64,000 nucleotides of DNA. Origin: Leucoraja erinacea (lineage: Eukaryota). Every line of letters starts with the position of its first letter. Within the stretch, counting starts at the first letter, position 1. This document shows positions 51,063 through 63,551 of the stretch, piece after piece. The stretch covers positions 23,560,001 to 23,624,000 of the forward strand of contig NC_073382.1 in the NCBI RefSeq assembly GCF_028641065.1, read 5' to 3'. The notes beneath the pieces were generated by a model. The model was given only the letters and a program-made list of their open reading frames with translations. It was not told where the DNA came from and did not search any database. The translations under genes and the position numbers were made by a program.

Positions 51063-51979
51063 CAAAGAAGGAATGGCAGGTTTCTTGCACCTAATTCAGG
51101 TGCGGTTTAGACCACCCCAAATCATTTCATGGCCGTCTTTATTGCAACTAGCTTTTTAATTCCAGATTGGTTTACTTACTTCAATTTAAATTCCCTATCT
51201 TCTGGGGTGGGATTAGAACTCATCCCTCCAAATCAATAAGCCAAGCCTTCGCATGTCGGTCCTGAATATTAACCACTTTGCAAGCATGTGTATTAAGCAG
51301 GTAATTTAGCTTGTCTTTTGTCTGACATTATCCTTGATCGTATTGTAATGAACTGATTCCACGTGTCACAGTGCTTTTCCTTTAAGCAAAAGTGAGATTC
51401 CATTGTGACGATGGGGGAAGGGGATAAGCAAACAAAGCTGTAACAGCCTGATGGTACATCTGGGACAAATAATGAGGCATACATCTCTTTCACTAGCCCA
51501 GGATTAACGATCAAAGCAAGCATTGGGTTGGACTGCCAAGCGTGTAGCTCACAGTTGCCACTGGCAGCAGTGGGCAACAGATGGGACATCATGGAGAAAG
51601 GAATGACAATTAAAGACTGTGGAGAATTGACACATTCAGAGCACGCTACATGTAATCTGGCCTACCCTGCCCTGAGGACACATGGGAGGAAATGCTTGCA
51701 GTGGAAGAGAATTCTCAAAAGATCCAGATGTCCAGATTAGACTTTTCCAGGAATGGGCAAATTCCCCAGAGGAGGCAAACCCGCATGAAAATGGAGCATG
51801 AGAATTAGAAAAGATGCTGCATGTTTTTGCTCTCAAAAACCTACCAGCTGCTCTGCCTCTCACAAGGTGGGCTCAGGAAGCGAGCTCCCGCCCAGTCAGC
51901 AGGGGGATACATTTAAGGGTGTAAATAGGACTGTCCTTGTAATTGGATAGGAGGGCAGGACTGAGTGGTGCATTGGAGA

Positions 51980-52455
51980 TGTAGGAAGGAACTGCAGATG
52001 CTGGTTTAAATCGAAGATAGACACAAAAGGCTGGAGTAACTCAGCGGGACAGGCAGCATCTCTGGAGAGAGGGAATGGGTGATGTTTCAGGACGAGACCC
52101 ATCTTCTAGTTAGGGATAAGGGAAACGAGAGATATAGACCATGATAAAGAACAATGGATATGCAAAAAGTAACGATGATAACAGAAACAGGCCATTGTTA
52201 GCTGTTTGTTGGGTGAAGAGGGAATGCCGGGGGGGATAGAGAGAGAGAGAGAGCGAGGGCGAATATCAGAGCCTACCTGAAGTTAGAGAAATCAATATTC
52301 ATACCACTGGGCTGTAAACTGCCCAAGCGAAATATGAGAAGCTGTTCATCCAATTTGCGTTTAGCCTCCCACTGACAATGGAGGAGACCTAGGACAGAAA
52401 GGTCTGTGTGGGAATGGGAAGGAGAATTAAAGTGTTTAGCAACTGGGAAATTGGA
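51980..52455 (-). mobile_element. PLE 3' part (GIY-YIG tail plus terminal repeat)
   Basis: Colinear with 10460-11010; minus strand encodes RKLDEQLLIFRLGSLQPSGMNIDF. Confidence 0.85.
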
Positions 52456-52670
52456 GGTACTATGGCACCAGCAATGCCCTTGAACATTCCTAAGGTTCCT
52501 AAGAGCCTTAGGAACATTAAGTTATTACAAAACATGAAGTATGGTACAAGGGATTGCGAATATAAAAGTGAAAATGTGGAGAGTGTGGATGGTGGGCATT
52601 TCAGTATTAATTCAGGCCATTTTTATTTTCTACTGCATGTTCTGGCACAGAGAATTGGTGTAGAGAAATG

Positions 52671-52995
52671 TGTATGGAGGAACTGCAGATGCTGGTTTAA
52701 AGCAAAAACAGACACACAATGCTGGAATAATGCAGTGGGACAGTCAGCATCTCAGGCAACTTCTGAAGGGTTTAAGAAGGAACTGCAGATGCTGGAAAAT
52801 CCAAGATAGAGAAAAGTGCTGGAGAAACTCAGCGGGTGCAGCAGCATCTATGGAGCAAAGGAAATAGGTAACGTTTTGGGCCAAAACCCTTCTTCAGACT
52901 TCTGAAGGGTCTCCACCCAAAACATCACCCATTCCTTCTTTCCAGAGATGTTGCCTGTCCAACTGAGTTACTCTAGCATTTTGTGTCCACCTTTG
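52671..52995. mobile_element. Composite PLE fold-back mixing two pLTR subfamilies
   Basis: Antisense arm of type A, antisense arm of type B (gctggaaaatc...), sense arm; flanking agagaaatg at 52662-52670 and 53000-53008. Confidence 0.75.
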
Positions 52996-53008
52996 ACACA
53001 GAGAAATG

Positions 53009-53767
53009 GCTGATGATTTGACCATCTGACAACAACCTGGCCCTTAACTCCAAGAAGGCCAAGGAGCTCATTGCAGACTTCAGAAAGTCTAGAGGCGGCA
53101 TGCACACCCCCACCCACATTAACGGGACGGAGGTGGAACGTGTTTCCAGCTTCAGGTTCCTGGGGGTCAAATCCGATGACCTCTCTTGGACCCACAACAC
53201 CTCAACTTTGGTCAAGAAGGCTCACCAGCATCTCTTCTTCCTGAGGAGACTAAAGAAGGTCCATCTGTCTCCTCAGATTCTGGTGAACTTCTACCGCTGT
53301 ACCATCGAGAGCATCCTTACCAACTGTATCACAGTATGGTATGGCAACTGCTCTGTCTTGGACCCACTGCAGAGGGTGGTGAAAATTGCCCAACACATCA
53401 CAGGTTCCTCGCTCCCCTCCATTGAGTCTGTCCAAAGCAAGCGTTGTCTGCGAAGGGCGCTCAGCATCGCCAAGGACTGCTCTCACCCCAACCACAGACT
53501 GTTTACCCTCCTACCATCCGGGAGGTGCTACAGGTCTCTCCTGCGGCTGTTACACTACTCAACACTGTACCTTGGTGATTGCCAATCACCCCCCCCCCCC
53601 GGACACTCCTTCCACCAGGAAAAAAATAATTGCACTACTACAACTATGCACGTAAATATATTTATTTATTGCTCATATTCTATGTCGCTCTTCTAGGGAG
53701 ATGCTAACTGCATTTCGTTGTCTCTGTACTGTACACTGCACAATGACAATGTTTGAATCTGAATCTG
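53009..53767 (+). mobile_element. Rex1/Babar LINE 3' part
   Basis: ORF 53100-53696 VERVSSFRFLGV...LFFLRRLKK...FYRCTIESILTNCITVWYGN; (tgaatc)n tail. Confidence 0.9.
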
Positions 53768-54287
53768 ATGTATGAGGTTAGCAATAAGAATAGTACAGGA
53801 AAGTGCCTGTTTGTCGTTTGGTCTTAAATCAAGCACTGTTTTTGATTTCCAAACTGGAACAGTGTTGTTCGCTGGCTGAGTCAAATTCTCCATGGCAACT
53901 ACATCACATTGCCATGATTGACAGAAACCATGCTGCCACATTCAACCTTCTGGGCAAAATCTTCTCTTCCACATTCCAAGCAGGAAGCTCAATGATTCCA
54001 TGATACTATATAACCACATGTACCTAGGTACCATGAAATTCCTTGTTTTGGGATACAATCTGGTAAAAGAAGAAGAAGAAGAAGAACCGAGGCAGCGCAC
54101 AAAGAGTTGCCACATTTCTGACGCCGACAAGGTTTCATTACGACCCAAAAATGCCAAATTCTGAGACCCCGTGGCTGTTTACAGTAGTGGACAATCTCAT
54201 GAAAAGACAGCGGTGAGATGGACTGATACCAGACTGCCCATCCATGCACTCAACTTTTCACTCACGCGGTTATTCATACTGGTGTAA

Positions 54288-55054
54288 AGGGCCTGTCCCA
54301 CTAACGCGACTTTTCAGCGACCGTCTTCGACCTTCAAGCTCGAGGGCACTCGCCTGAAAAACCTCGACCTGGGTTGACTGTCAGTGATGAAACCGTGAGC
54401 CAGATCGACCGTCAGCACTCACACGCAGACACACACAAACACATCGCAAAGGTGAGGGCAAGGGAAAGTGGGGGAGCACTATCTGAAATTCACACCCACG
54501 CTGAACAGGAAGGTAAAAGACAGCTGGCACAGTTATGGTATGTCCTTTAGCGAGCGCGGGGGGGCAGAAAAGGGGAGAGTGGAGGAGAGAAGGGGAGAGA
54601 ATGGGGGACAAGGGGGGGAGAAGGAGTGGAGACCATTTTAAGAAGCCAGACAACTTTTAATAAAGTTTAGCAGGCATTTAGCATTACCGGTCGGTTTACT
54701 TATCTTGTTTTTCTCAACAAGCTATTACCTTCGACTACCTTAGATTACCGTTGATTGCCTTTGATTACCTACGATAGCATTACGACCTACTACGACTTAC
54801 CTCAACTAAACCTATGAGTAAAAAAAATATTGATTTTTTTCCATGGCGACCTTATTTTAATCGTGGGCATTTTTCAGCTTGGTGAAAAAAACGCTGCGAT
54901 ATAACTGAGGCCTCGCGTATGCGGGGACTACTCTCGAGCATGAAGGAGATTTACAAAGATCTCCTAGGACCTCATGTCGACCATGCTGCGAGTATGAGTC
55001 GAGGGCAAACTCTTCTAAAGTCGCGAATTAGGTCCCCGCAGTGGGACAGGCCCT
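54288..55054. mobile_element. Harbinger-type non-autonomous element, 767 bp
   Basis: AGGGCCTGTCCCACT...AGTGGGACAGGCCCT; TAA on the left; ~10-bp internal repeats at 54724-54800. Confidence 0.85.
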
Positions 55055-55219
55055 CTACACTCTATTTAATTTCACTTTGTTTAGAAAGCAGTGTCAGGGA
55101 AATATCTATTAATAACCACGGAACTGTCACAATTCAGTCTTTTGCTTAACCATGCCTACAATCGACCTAGGACACTGGACTCTTAGTTCAAATTTAGTGC
55201 AAATTTAGGAAACTAAAAT

Positions 55220-56275
55220 CCTGTCCTATCCATGTACCTAAATGTATTTTAAACATTGCGATAGTTCCTGCCTGAACTACCTCCTCCAGCAGCTCTTTCC
55301 ATACACCCACCACCCCTTGTGTGAAAAAGTTACCACTCAGGTCCCTATTAAATCATTCTCCCCTCACCTTAATCCTACCTCCTCTCGTTCTCGATTTCCC
55401 TAACCTGGGCAAGAAACTCTGTGCATCTACCCAAACTAATATGGGAGTTAGATGTGGCCCTTGTGGCTAAGGGGATCAGGGGGTATGGAGAGAAGGCAGT
55501 TACAGGATACTGAGTTGGATGATCAGCCATGATAATATTGAATGGCGGTGCAGGCTCGAAGGGCCGAATGGCCTACTCCTGCACCTATTTTCTATGTTTC
55601 TATTCCTCTACATGATTACCACTCATCCTCCTGCGACTCTAGCAATAGAGTCGTAGTCTGCTCAACCTCTCCCTATAGCTCAGGTCCTCAAGTCCTGGCA
55701 ACATCCTCGTAAATCTTATGTGCACCCTTCCCAGCTTGACAACATCTTTCCTATAACATGGTGCCCAGAACTGAACATAATGCTCTAAATGTGGCCTCAC
55801 CAACCTCTTATATAACTGCAAAATGACCTCCCAACTTCTATGTTTAGGAAGGAACTGCAGATGTTAGTTTACACTGAAGATAGACACAAAATGCTGGAGT
55901 AACTCAACAGGTCTGGCAGCATCTCGGGAAAAAAGGAAAAGGTGATGTTTTGGATCAAGACCCTTCATCTCGACCCAAAATGTCACATATTCCTTTTCTC
56001 TAGAGATGTTGCCTGACCCACTGAATTACTCCAGCATTTTGTGTCTGTCTCCCAACTTCTATACTCAACACTCTGACTCAATACTGTGACCGATGAAGAG
56101 CAATGTACCAAAATAATTTTGACCACCCTATCCACCTGTAGTGCCACTTTCACCAAACTATATACCTGTCTGTCTAGATCCATTTGCTCAATAACACTCC
56201 CCAGAGACCTGCCATTCACTATGTCAGTCCTGCCCATGTTAGTTATCTGAAAATGCAACACCTCACATTTCACTG
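55220..56275 (-). mobile_element. CR1 fragment hosting a plus-strand CR1 tail (~55443-55602) and a PLE fold-back
   Basis: Minus ORFs 55639-55821 (RPHLEHYVQFWAP) and 55983-56312 (KCEVLHF). Confidence 0.85.
55842..56048. mobile_element. PLE fold-back unit
   Basis: 14-bp TSD ctcccaacttctat (55828-55841, 56049-56062) inside a CR1 host. Confidence 0.9.
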
Positions 56276-56626
56276 TCACACAGAGAATGTGCAAACTCCA
56301 CACAGACAGCACCCATGGTTAGGATCGAACCCAGGACTCTGGCGCTGTGAGGCCACGGCTCTACCAGCAGCGCCACTGTGCTGCAACACAGTGATGGTCA
56401 GTGCTGATTCAGTGAGCTGAAGGAGCCTGTTTCTGTGCTATATTCTCTCCGTGATTCCAAATTAAGGCCCCAAGCAAGCAACTTTGTCCATTATTACCTC
56501 CTTACCGAAATTAATTGGTGTTTCTTCTTGTAATTCATAATGTGTAGGGGGCAACAAAGATCAATTGTAATCAGTTCTCCCTGCAGGGACACTGTCAAAG
56601 AACAAGCAAAATATAAAAGATTAAAG

Positions 56627-56830
56627 GTAGACAAAAATGCTGGAGAAACTCAGCGGGTGAGGCAGCATCTTTGGAGCGAAGGAAATAGGCAACGTTTCGA
56701 GTCTGAAGAAGGGTTTCGGCCCGAAACGTTGCCAATTTCCTTCACTCCATAGATACTGCTTCACCCACTGAGTCTCTCCAGCATTTTTGTCTACCTTTGA
56801 TTTTCCAGCATCTGCAGTTCCTTATTAAAC
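56627..56830. mobile_element. PLE fold-back unit, second subfamily, hammerhead core at 56703-56730
   Basis: CTGAAGA A GGGT TTCG GCCC GAAA CG TT; TSD ataaaaga(t/g)taaag (56613-56626, 56831-56844). Confidence 0.9.
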
Positions 56831-57529
56831 ATAAAAGAGTAAAGACTGTTTAAGCACAGTAGCTGGGGCTGAATCTCAATTGGATTTCTCCTCACAAATA
56901 TTCCCACAAATTATTTTTCTTTATGCTACATTCGTATACAGTTCACTTTCTATCAACCCAAAAAATTAAGTGAATATTAAAACTTATCTTTGCCTGTGAT
57001 TTCTAATTCAGACAATTAGGAATGCTACCCCAAATCCCTTTTATTTGCAGACAAGTTAGCTGAGGATGCTGGCTGGCCAATATAACAAACTCCATGTGTA
57101 AATCATCCCCACCATGTTTTGGGATTCTGTCACTAACACTTTGAGCTGTTATGGTTGTTTTGCTGGCATCTCCCCCATGGAATCTCATGAGCAATGAGTT
57201 CACCACAGCAATGTGTGTAGGGACACATGCAGATGCTAGTTTAAACCACAGATAGACGCAAAAAGCTGGAGTAATTCAGCGGTTCAAGCAGCATCTCTGG
57301 AGGAAAGGAATGGGTGATTTCAGGTCGAGACCCTTCTTCTGCCTGACCCGCTGAGTTACTCTGCTAAATAAACCAGGTGTCTATTTGCCTGGCAATTCAA
57401 CCATGTAACGTGGTCTCTCTCAGTGCTGTGCAATCCAAAGCCAATCACATTTATGGCCACTACATGACCTGATCATGAAAATTTGACCTTGCAGTTTCTG
57501 CCATGAGTCACCTTTGTGACCCCTAAATC

Positions 57530-57990
57530 ATAGTTATACAGCACAGGCCCTTCACCCCAGCTACCCCTTGCCGACCAAGGTGTCTCATCTACACTAGTCC
57601 CACCTGCCAGCATTTAGCCTATATCCCACTAAACCTTTCCTATCCATGTACCTTTTGAAATGCATTTTAAATACTGTTATAGTACCTCCTCAATTACGTT
57701 CTCTAGATGCTCATTTCATCTACCCACCACCCTCTGTGTGAAAAATTTCCACCTCATTTCCTATCAAATCTCTCCCCTCACCATAAACCTATGTTCTCTT
57801 GTTCTTGATTGTCCTAATCTGGGTAAAATACTCTGTGCATCTACTCTATCTATTCCCCTCATGGCATTATGCACCTCTTTAAGATCACCTCTTATCCTAC
57901 GCTCTAAGGAATAAAAGTCCTAGCTTGTCCAACCTCTCCCTATAGCTCAGCCCTATAGCTCAAGTCCTAGAAATATCCTTGTGAATGTTC
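57530..57990 (-). mobile_element. CR1 3' fragment
   Basis: Homologous to 58895-59365. Confidence 0.8.
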
Positions 57991-58414
57991 ATCTTGCATG
58001 ATGCTGATGAGGTTATTTTGTGTGCAACAAACCTTTTGGAGCGATACCGGGGGAATGAGGTCAATGTTGGAACAATTTGGTCTTAGTCCTACAACTCAAA
58101 TGTCACTGTACCTTAATTGGTACATGTGACAATAAACTGACTTTGAAACCTTGAAACATCAACATGGAGGCTGACAGGGAAGAGCCTTTCATCCCCTCAT
58201 TACAGCCACCCACTGGATTCCTTCTAATCTTCCATTGCCTGCCAGTGCCAGATCTATCACCACCCTGTCCCCAACAAAATCGATGTGCCAAATGCCTGCT
58301 CTCCACAAAATGCACATGCAAATCTCCCCTTCCCTCCCAACTACAAGGATAGCCACAATCATTGGTGAGTAACTCTCCAAAGCATGTCCACCATTTACCT
58401 GACTCTAGCCAGGA

Positions 58415-58885
58415 TCAAATATTCCCCACTTGCCTGGATGACCACAGCTCCAACTACACTCAACACCATACCATATAGGACATAACCTGCTTGATGGGCA
58501 CACACTCCACAGCCATTCACTCCACCACCAATGCTTCAGTTTGTACCATCTACAAGATTCACTGAACCAAGCCGCCAAGAGCCCTTAGCTCACCTTAAAC
58601 TCACAACCTCTATTAGCTAAAAGGACAAAGGTAGCAAAAGCAGCGGAACACTAAAACCAGCACACTTCCCCCAAGCCACACACCACCATGAATTAGAAAT
58701 ACATTTCCGTTCCTTCACCTCCGCTGGGTCAAAATCCTGGAACTCCTCCATAACAGCATTGAGGGTATCCCCACACCTGAAGGATTACAGTGGTTCAAGA
58801 TGGCAACTCACCACCATCTTCTCAAGGGCTATTAGGAAAGGGAAACCAAATGCTGGCCCAGGCCATGAATATCACATCCCCTGAA
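58415..58885 (+). mobile_element. Ancient LINE 3' fragment (CR1/Crack-like)
   Basis: Decayed YSPLAWM..APTTL reading and 3' region gggtcaaaatcctggaactc...caccaccatcttctcaaggg. Confidence 0.55.
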
Positions 58886-58894
58886 TCTTGATAA

Positions 58895-59365
58895 TAGTCA
58901 TAGAGTCATACAGCGTGGAAACAGACCTTTTGGCCCAACTTACCCATACCGACCTACATGCCCCATCTACAGCAGCCCCACCTGCCTGCATTTGGTCTAT
59001 ATCCCTCTAAATCTATCCTATCCATGTACCAATCTAAATGTCTCTTAAACATTGCAATAGAACCTGCATCAACTGCCTCCTCCGGCAGCTCATTCCATGT
59101 ACCCACCGTTCTTTGTGTGAAAAGGTTACCCCTCAGGTTCCAATTAAATCTTTGCACCCTCAACTTAAACCTCTGTCCTCTGGTTCTTGATTCCACTACA
59201 CTGGGTAAAATACGCTGTGTGTTTACCCGATCTATTCCTCCCATGATTTTGTACAGCTCTGTAAAATTACCTCTCATCCTCATGCACTCTACGGAATAAA
59301 GTCCTAGTCTGCTCAACCTCTCTCTATCGCTCAGGCCCTCGAGTCCTGGTAACATCCTCGTAAAT
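58895..59365 (-). mobile_element. CR1 3' fragment
   Basis: Minus ORF 58954-59415 FTRMLPGLEGL...FTQRTVGTWNELP. Confidence 0.9.
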
Positions 59366-62039
59366 TGAATAAATATCAAAGCAAATTCTGAACTGCAAGG
59401 ACCAGTTCCTGCCACATGCCACTAATTTGGCCCCTGTGCTCTCGTTGAGCCCACCTTTGAAGAGGAAGGCCAGCTAGTACAGTAATTTGTCTGGGTTTTT
59501 CCATTGTGGCTATTGTGTGCTCCTTTTACATGAAGCAATTTTGTGACAGCCCATCTCAGGGAGAAGGGAAAGCCAGCGGGATTCTAACCATAAAGTCAAT
59601 TGTGCGAGCTCAGCGCATGGTGGTAATAGGAACCAGACCAGCAATCCTTCCAGCTACAGGATGGTGGCAACAGGCTGTGTTGATCCAACACCCAAAGGAG
59701 AGTGCTTGGAAGTCAAAAGTAAAGCTCCCCAAATGCTGGATAATTTATAGAGTTGTGTTGGTGCCAACACCAGAAGAAATCTCAAAGTTATTTGGCATCT
59801 CTCCCAGCGCTCAGTGGTCTGCAGTGCATACGGATAAATCAGTAATAGGCTCTTTCTGTGGTTGTGATTTGCACAAAATCTAAATAATGGTTTGTGCTTT
59901 GTAGCTATTATTATCTGCACAATATTTTTCACTGAAGATAATGGAAAGAGTATGGGTGCTTTTGAGAGTGTACATGGTGGTAATGCATGGTGTGAGATGG
60001 TGGTAATGCATAAAATTTCACCCTCCCCTTATATCCTAATTGTTACTATTATACTTGGAAAATGCAGTCTGCAAATGCCTCTGCCACAAGCACTGACAAA
60101 TTTAAGCAACAGCATCACTCTATCTATGCCTCCAACATTCAGCAGGATAAACATAACTGTAAAGTCTCGTTGTTGAGGAAGTTGAGGAAATACTTTGGGT
60201 TAGGAACATGCATGAGAGAACCTCTGCAGCATTTCTGCTTGCTCCTCTGCACCGTCCCAAGTTAACACCATTTTCCAGCTCTTTCAAGCCTCTCACAGTT
60301 GCATCTTCACCATGAGATTTGCATCCTATTCCCTCTGCACAGATGACTAGATGAGTCAACTTGTTAGCCCAAACCCACGCACCTTTTGCAAAATGCCTTG
60401 ATCTGATGTTGTTCTTCATGTTTGCAAATATCCTGGGTTGATTGGTTATCTATGCCCAGTACTGCATTGCCTCAACAGGAAACAAAACACAATTGGATCA
60501 TGCATTAAGAAAGTACTTGGTGTTGGTCAAAGGCGGGCATGTGTGGGGGGAGTCATGAACAGTGGATGGACACAAAATGCTGGGATGATTCGGCAGGACA
60601 GGCAGCATCTCTGGACAGAAGGAATGCGTGATGTTTCAGGTTAATAACCTTCTTCAGAATGAGAGTCAGAGGAGAGGGAGACATACAGATATGGAAGGTA
60701 AGGTGTGAAAACACTGATCAGTGGAACTAGGTGAACTAAAGTTTCCTGAAGCCACAGAGATTTTAGAAAAAAAAATACAATGATGCTCCAGCCATTGTTT
60801 AGTTGAAGCCATAACTTGGAAGTAAGGAAGGAAAAGACCCAACCCATACTCAGCATAACGTAATCTTATCTGAGAAAACGGAAATCAAAGTTGAAGTTAG
60901 GCCCTTTATTGCCTAGGAGATGACGTGGAGGAGTCTGGAGCTTCCTGACAGGTACGGAGCGTTAAGTTGGCAGTTCCACAGGAAACATTTCACAGAAAAA
61001 TCTGGACCAAACGATTACAATGATAGCAACAAAAGTGAGAAATGCCTTATGTAGAAATTAAGCATACAAGTTTAATTATCTTTTGGCACATTTAGCTTTA
61101 TTAGAGACAAATAAACCATTTCATTGAGTATTTATATATCACTGTCAAATAAGTATGCTGTTTTTTAATGGAACTTTCGTTTATATTGGTTTGGACTGAT
61201 ATCAGACAGGCATTATTTAGTTAATAGTTTACAGCGTTTAATTCTGATGGCCAAACATTCTTTGCCACACTGAAACATTTCTACTTAAAAATAACACTAA
61301 TGCCTGAAACAATAGTAAATTCAAAATATAATGCAAAACATGCTACCACCTACAATGGATGAATTATGACAATGAGAAGTTTAAGACACCTTTATGATAA
61401 GTGAACGTATTTATCACCGAGGTTGCATTGTCAAATTCTGTTTTATTAGAGCATGTACAAATTATGTTTATTCTGAGAAATGGTAGCCAATTGCAAAAAA
61501 TAATGATTTTGAAATATAAATATATTTTTGTTAGCATGAAAATGCACAAAAATTAAGATATGTACTTCTGAGCTGCTCAAAATAAGTTTGGTAACAATTT
61601 CCCCAACCTTTCCTTGGTCTCCTTCCAAACCAATGTAAAGAGGTGCAAGCGTTAATAATTGTCCACTTTTGGCACGTGAATCTCAATGAGGTTTCGACTC
61701 TCCTGAAATATGTGAAATGAGTCTTAACCTACTGATGACAATGTTCACCACAAACCAATAACAAATCTGATTTTTTTTTTAACGTTTCTAAGCCATGCCT
61801 CGAGGAGTTACATAAAAAATAGATTTCTGCCAACTAGGACAAAAAGAAAGTAAAAATAATCCATACTGCATAATAAAGGGGTGGTATGTGTAGACAATTA
61901 CAGGGTTGAGATCATCTTTTTATCCGTAAATCAATTTATCTCTCATCTTTCCTTCACTTCCCCCCTCTGTTCACTTTGGGTTTCTTCAACAATTCACAGA
62001 GTATAAATTTCTCACAGGAGTAGGGTGTACATAAGTCCA

Positions 62040-63045
62040 TACGTCATAGGAGCAGAATTTGGCCATTCAGCCCATTGAGTCTACTCCACCATTCAATCAA
62101 GGCTGATTTATCTTTACCTCTCAACCCCATTCTCCTGCCTTCACCCCATAACCTTTGACACCCTTACTAATCAAGAACCTATCAATCTCCGCATTTAAAA
62201 TACCTAAAGACTTGGCCTCCACCACCACCTGTGGCAATGAATTCCACAGATTCACCACCCTGTGGCTAAGTAAATTCCTCCTCATTTCCTTTCTAAAGGT
62301 GCGTCCTGTTATTTTGAAGTTGTGCCTTCTGGCTGTAGACTCGCCCAACAGTGGAAACATCCTCTCCACATGCACTCTTTCATTATTCATTAAGTTTCAA
62401 TGAGATACCCCCTCATCCTAAACTCCAACAAGTACAGGCCCAGAGCCATCCAATGTTCATCATATGTTAACCCACTCATTCCTGGGATCATTCTCGTAAA
62501 CCTCCTCTGGACCCTCTCAAGCGCCAACACATCTTTCCTCAGATATGGTGCCCAAAATTGCTCCCAATACTGCAAATGCGGTATGACCAGTACTCTATAA
62601 AGCCCCAGTAATAATTCCTGCTTTTACATTCTAGTCCTCTCAAAATGTTTGCTAACATTGTATTTGCCTTTCTTACTACCGATTCAACCTGCAAATTAAT
62701 CTGTTGGGGATGCTGCACCAGCACTCCCAAGTCCCTTTGCACCTCCGATTTCTGAATCCTCCCCATTTAGCCTTTATTCCTACTACCAAAATGCATGACC
62801 TTTCACTTGACTACGCTGTATTCCATCTGCCACTTCTTTGCCCACTTTCCCAACCTGTCCAAGTCCTTCCGCAGAAGCTCTGCTTCCTCAACACTGCCTG
62901 CCCCTCCACCTATCTGCTTACCATCCACAAACTTCGTCACAAAGTCAATAATTTTATCATCCAAATCGTTAATATACGACGTGAAAAGTAGCGCACTCAA
63001 CACCGATCCTTATGGCTTGCTAGTCACCGGCAGCCAACCAGAGAC
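62040..63045 (-). mobile_element. CR1 LINE fragment (RT to 3' end)
   Basis: Minus ORFs 62803-63003 (YINDLDD...KWQMEY), 62539-62766, 62390-62575 and 62121-62390. Confidence 0.9.
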
Positions 63046-63324
63046 AGTGGACATAAGTAGATCTTCCCACAAACACTAGCCTTTTATCCAACTCTAAAGA
63101 CTATGTTAGAAGAGGAAAGGGAGTAAGTACTCCAAATGTTGGATCCTTGGCAGCTGACAACAGTGACCAGTGTGAGATTAATGAAATTAAGTACAATGAA
63201 TTTAAAAAATGGTACACAAAATCATGAGTGGCATGGATAAGGTATACAGTTGGAAACATTAACATATTGTAGAGGTATCTAAAGCCAGGTTTAGGGTGAG
63301 AGGTACAAAGTTTAGATGAGATGT

Positions 63325-63551
63325 AATAATAATCTTATTTATAATAATCTTATTTATATAGCACATTTTTAGTCAACTTGCATTGACCCCAAAGTGCTTC
63401 ACATAATTACATTACATTTACACACAGGTAAAGGTGGGTGAAGTGTCTTGCCCCAAGGACACAACGACAGTATGCACTCCAAGCGGGATTCGAACCGGCC
63501 ACCTTCCGGTCGCCAGCCGAACACTTAGCCCATTGTGCCATCTGTCGTCCC
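63325..63551 (-). mobile_element. tRNA-derived CORE-like SINE with L2-type tail, nested in an old CR1 (~63200-63780)
   Basis: A box TGGCACAATGG, B box GGTTCGAATCC, gtgtccttggggcaagacacttcacc, (tta)n tail; TSD agatgt (63319-63324, 63552-63557). Confidence 0.85.
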
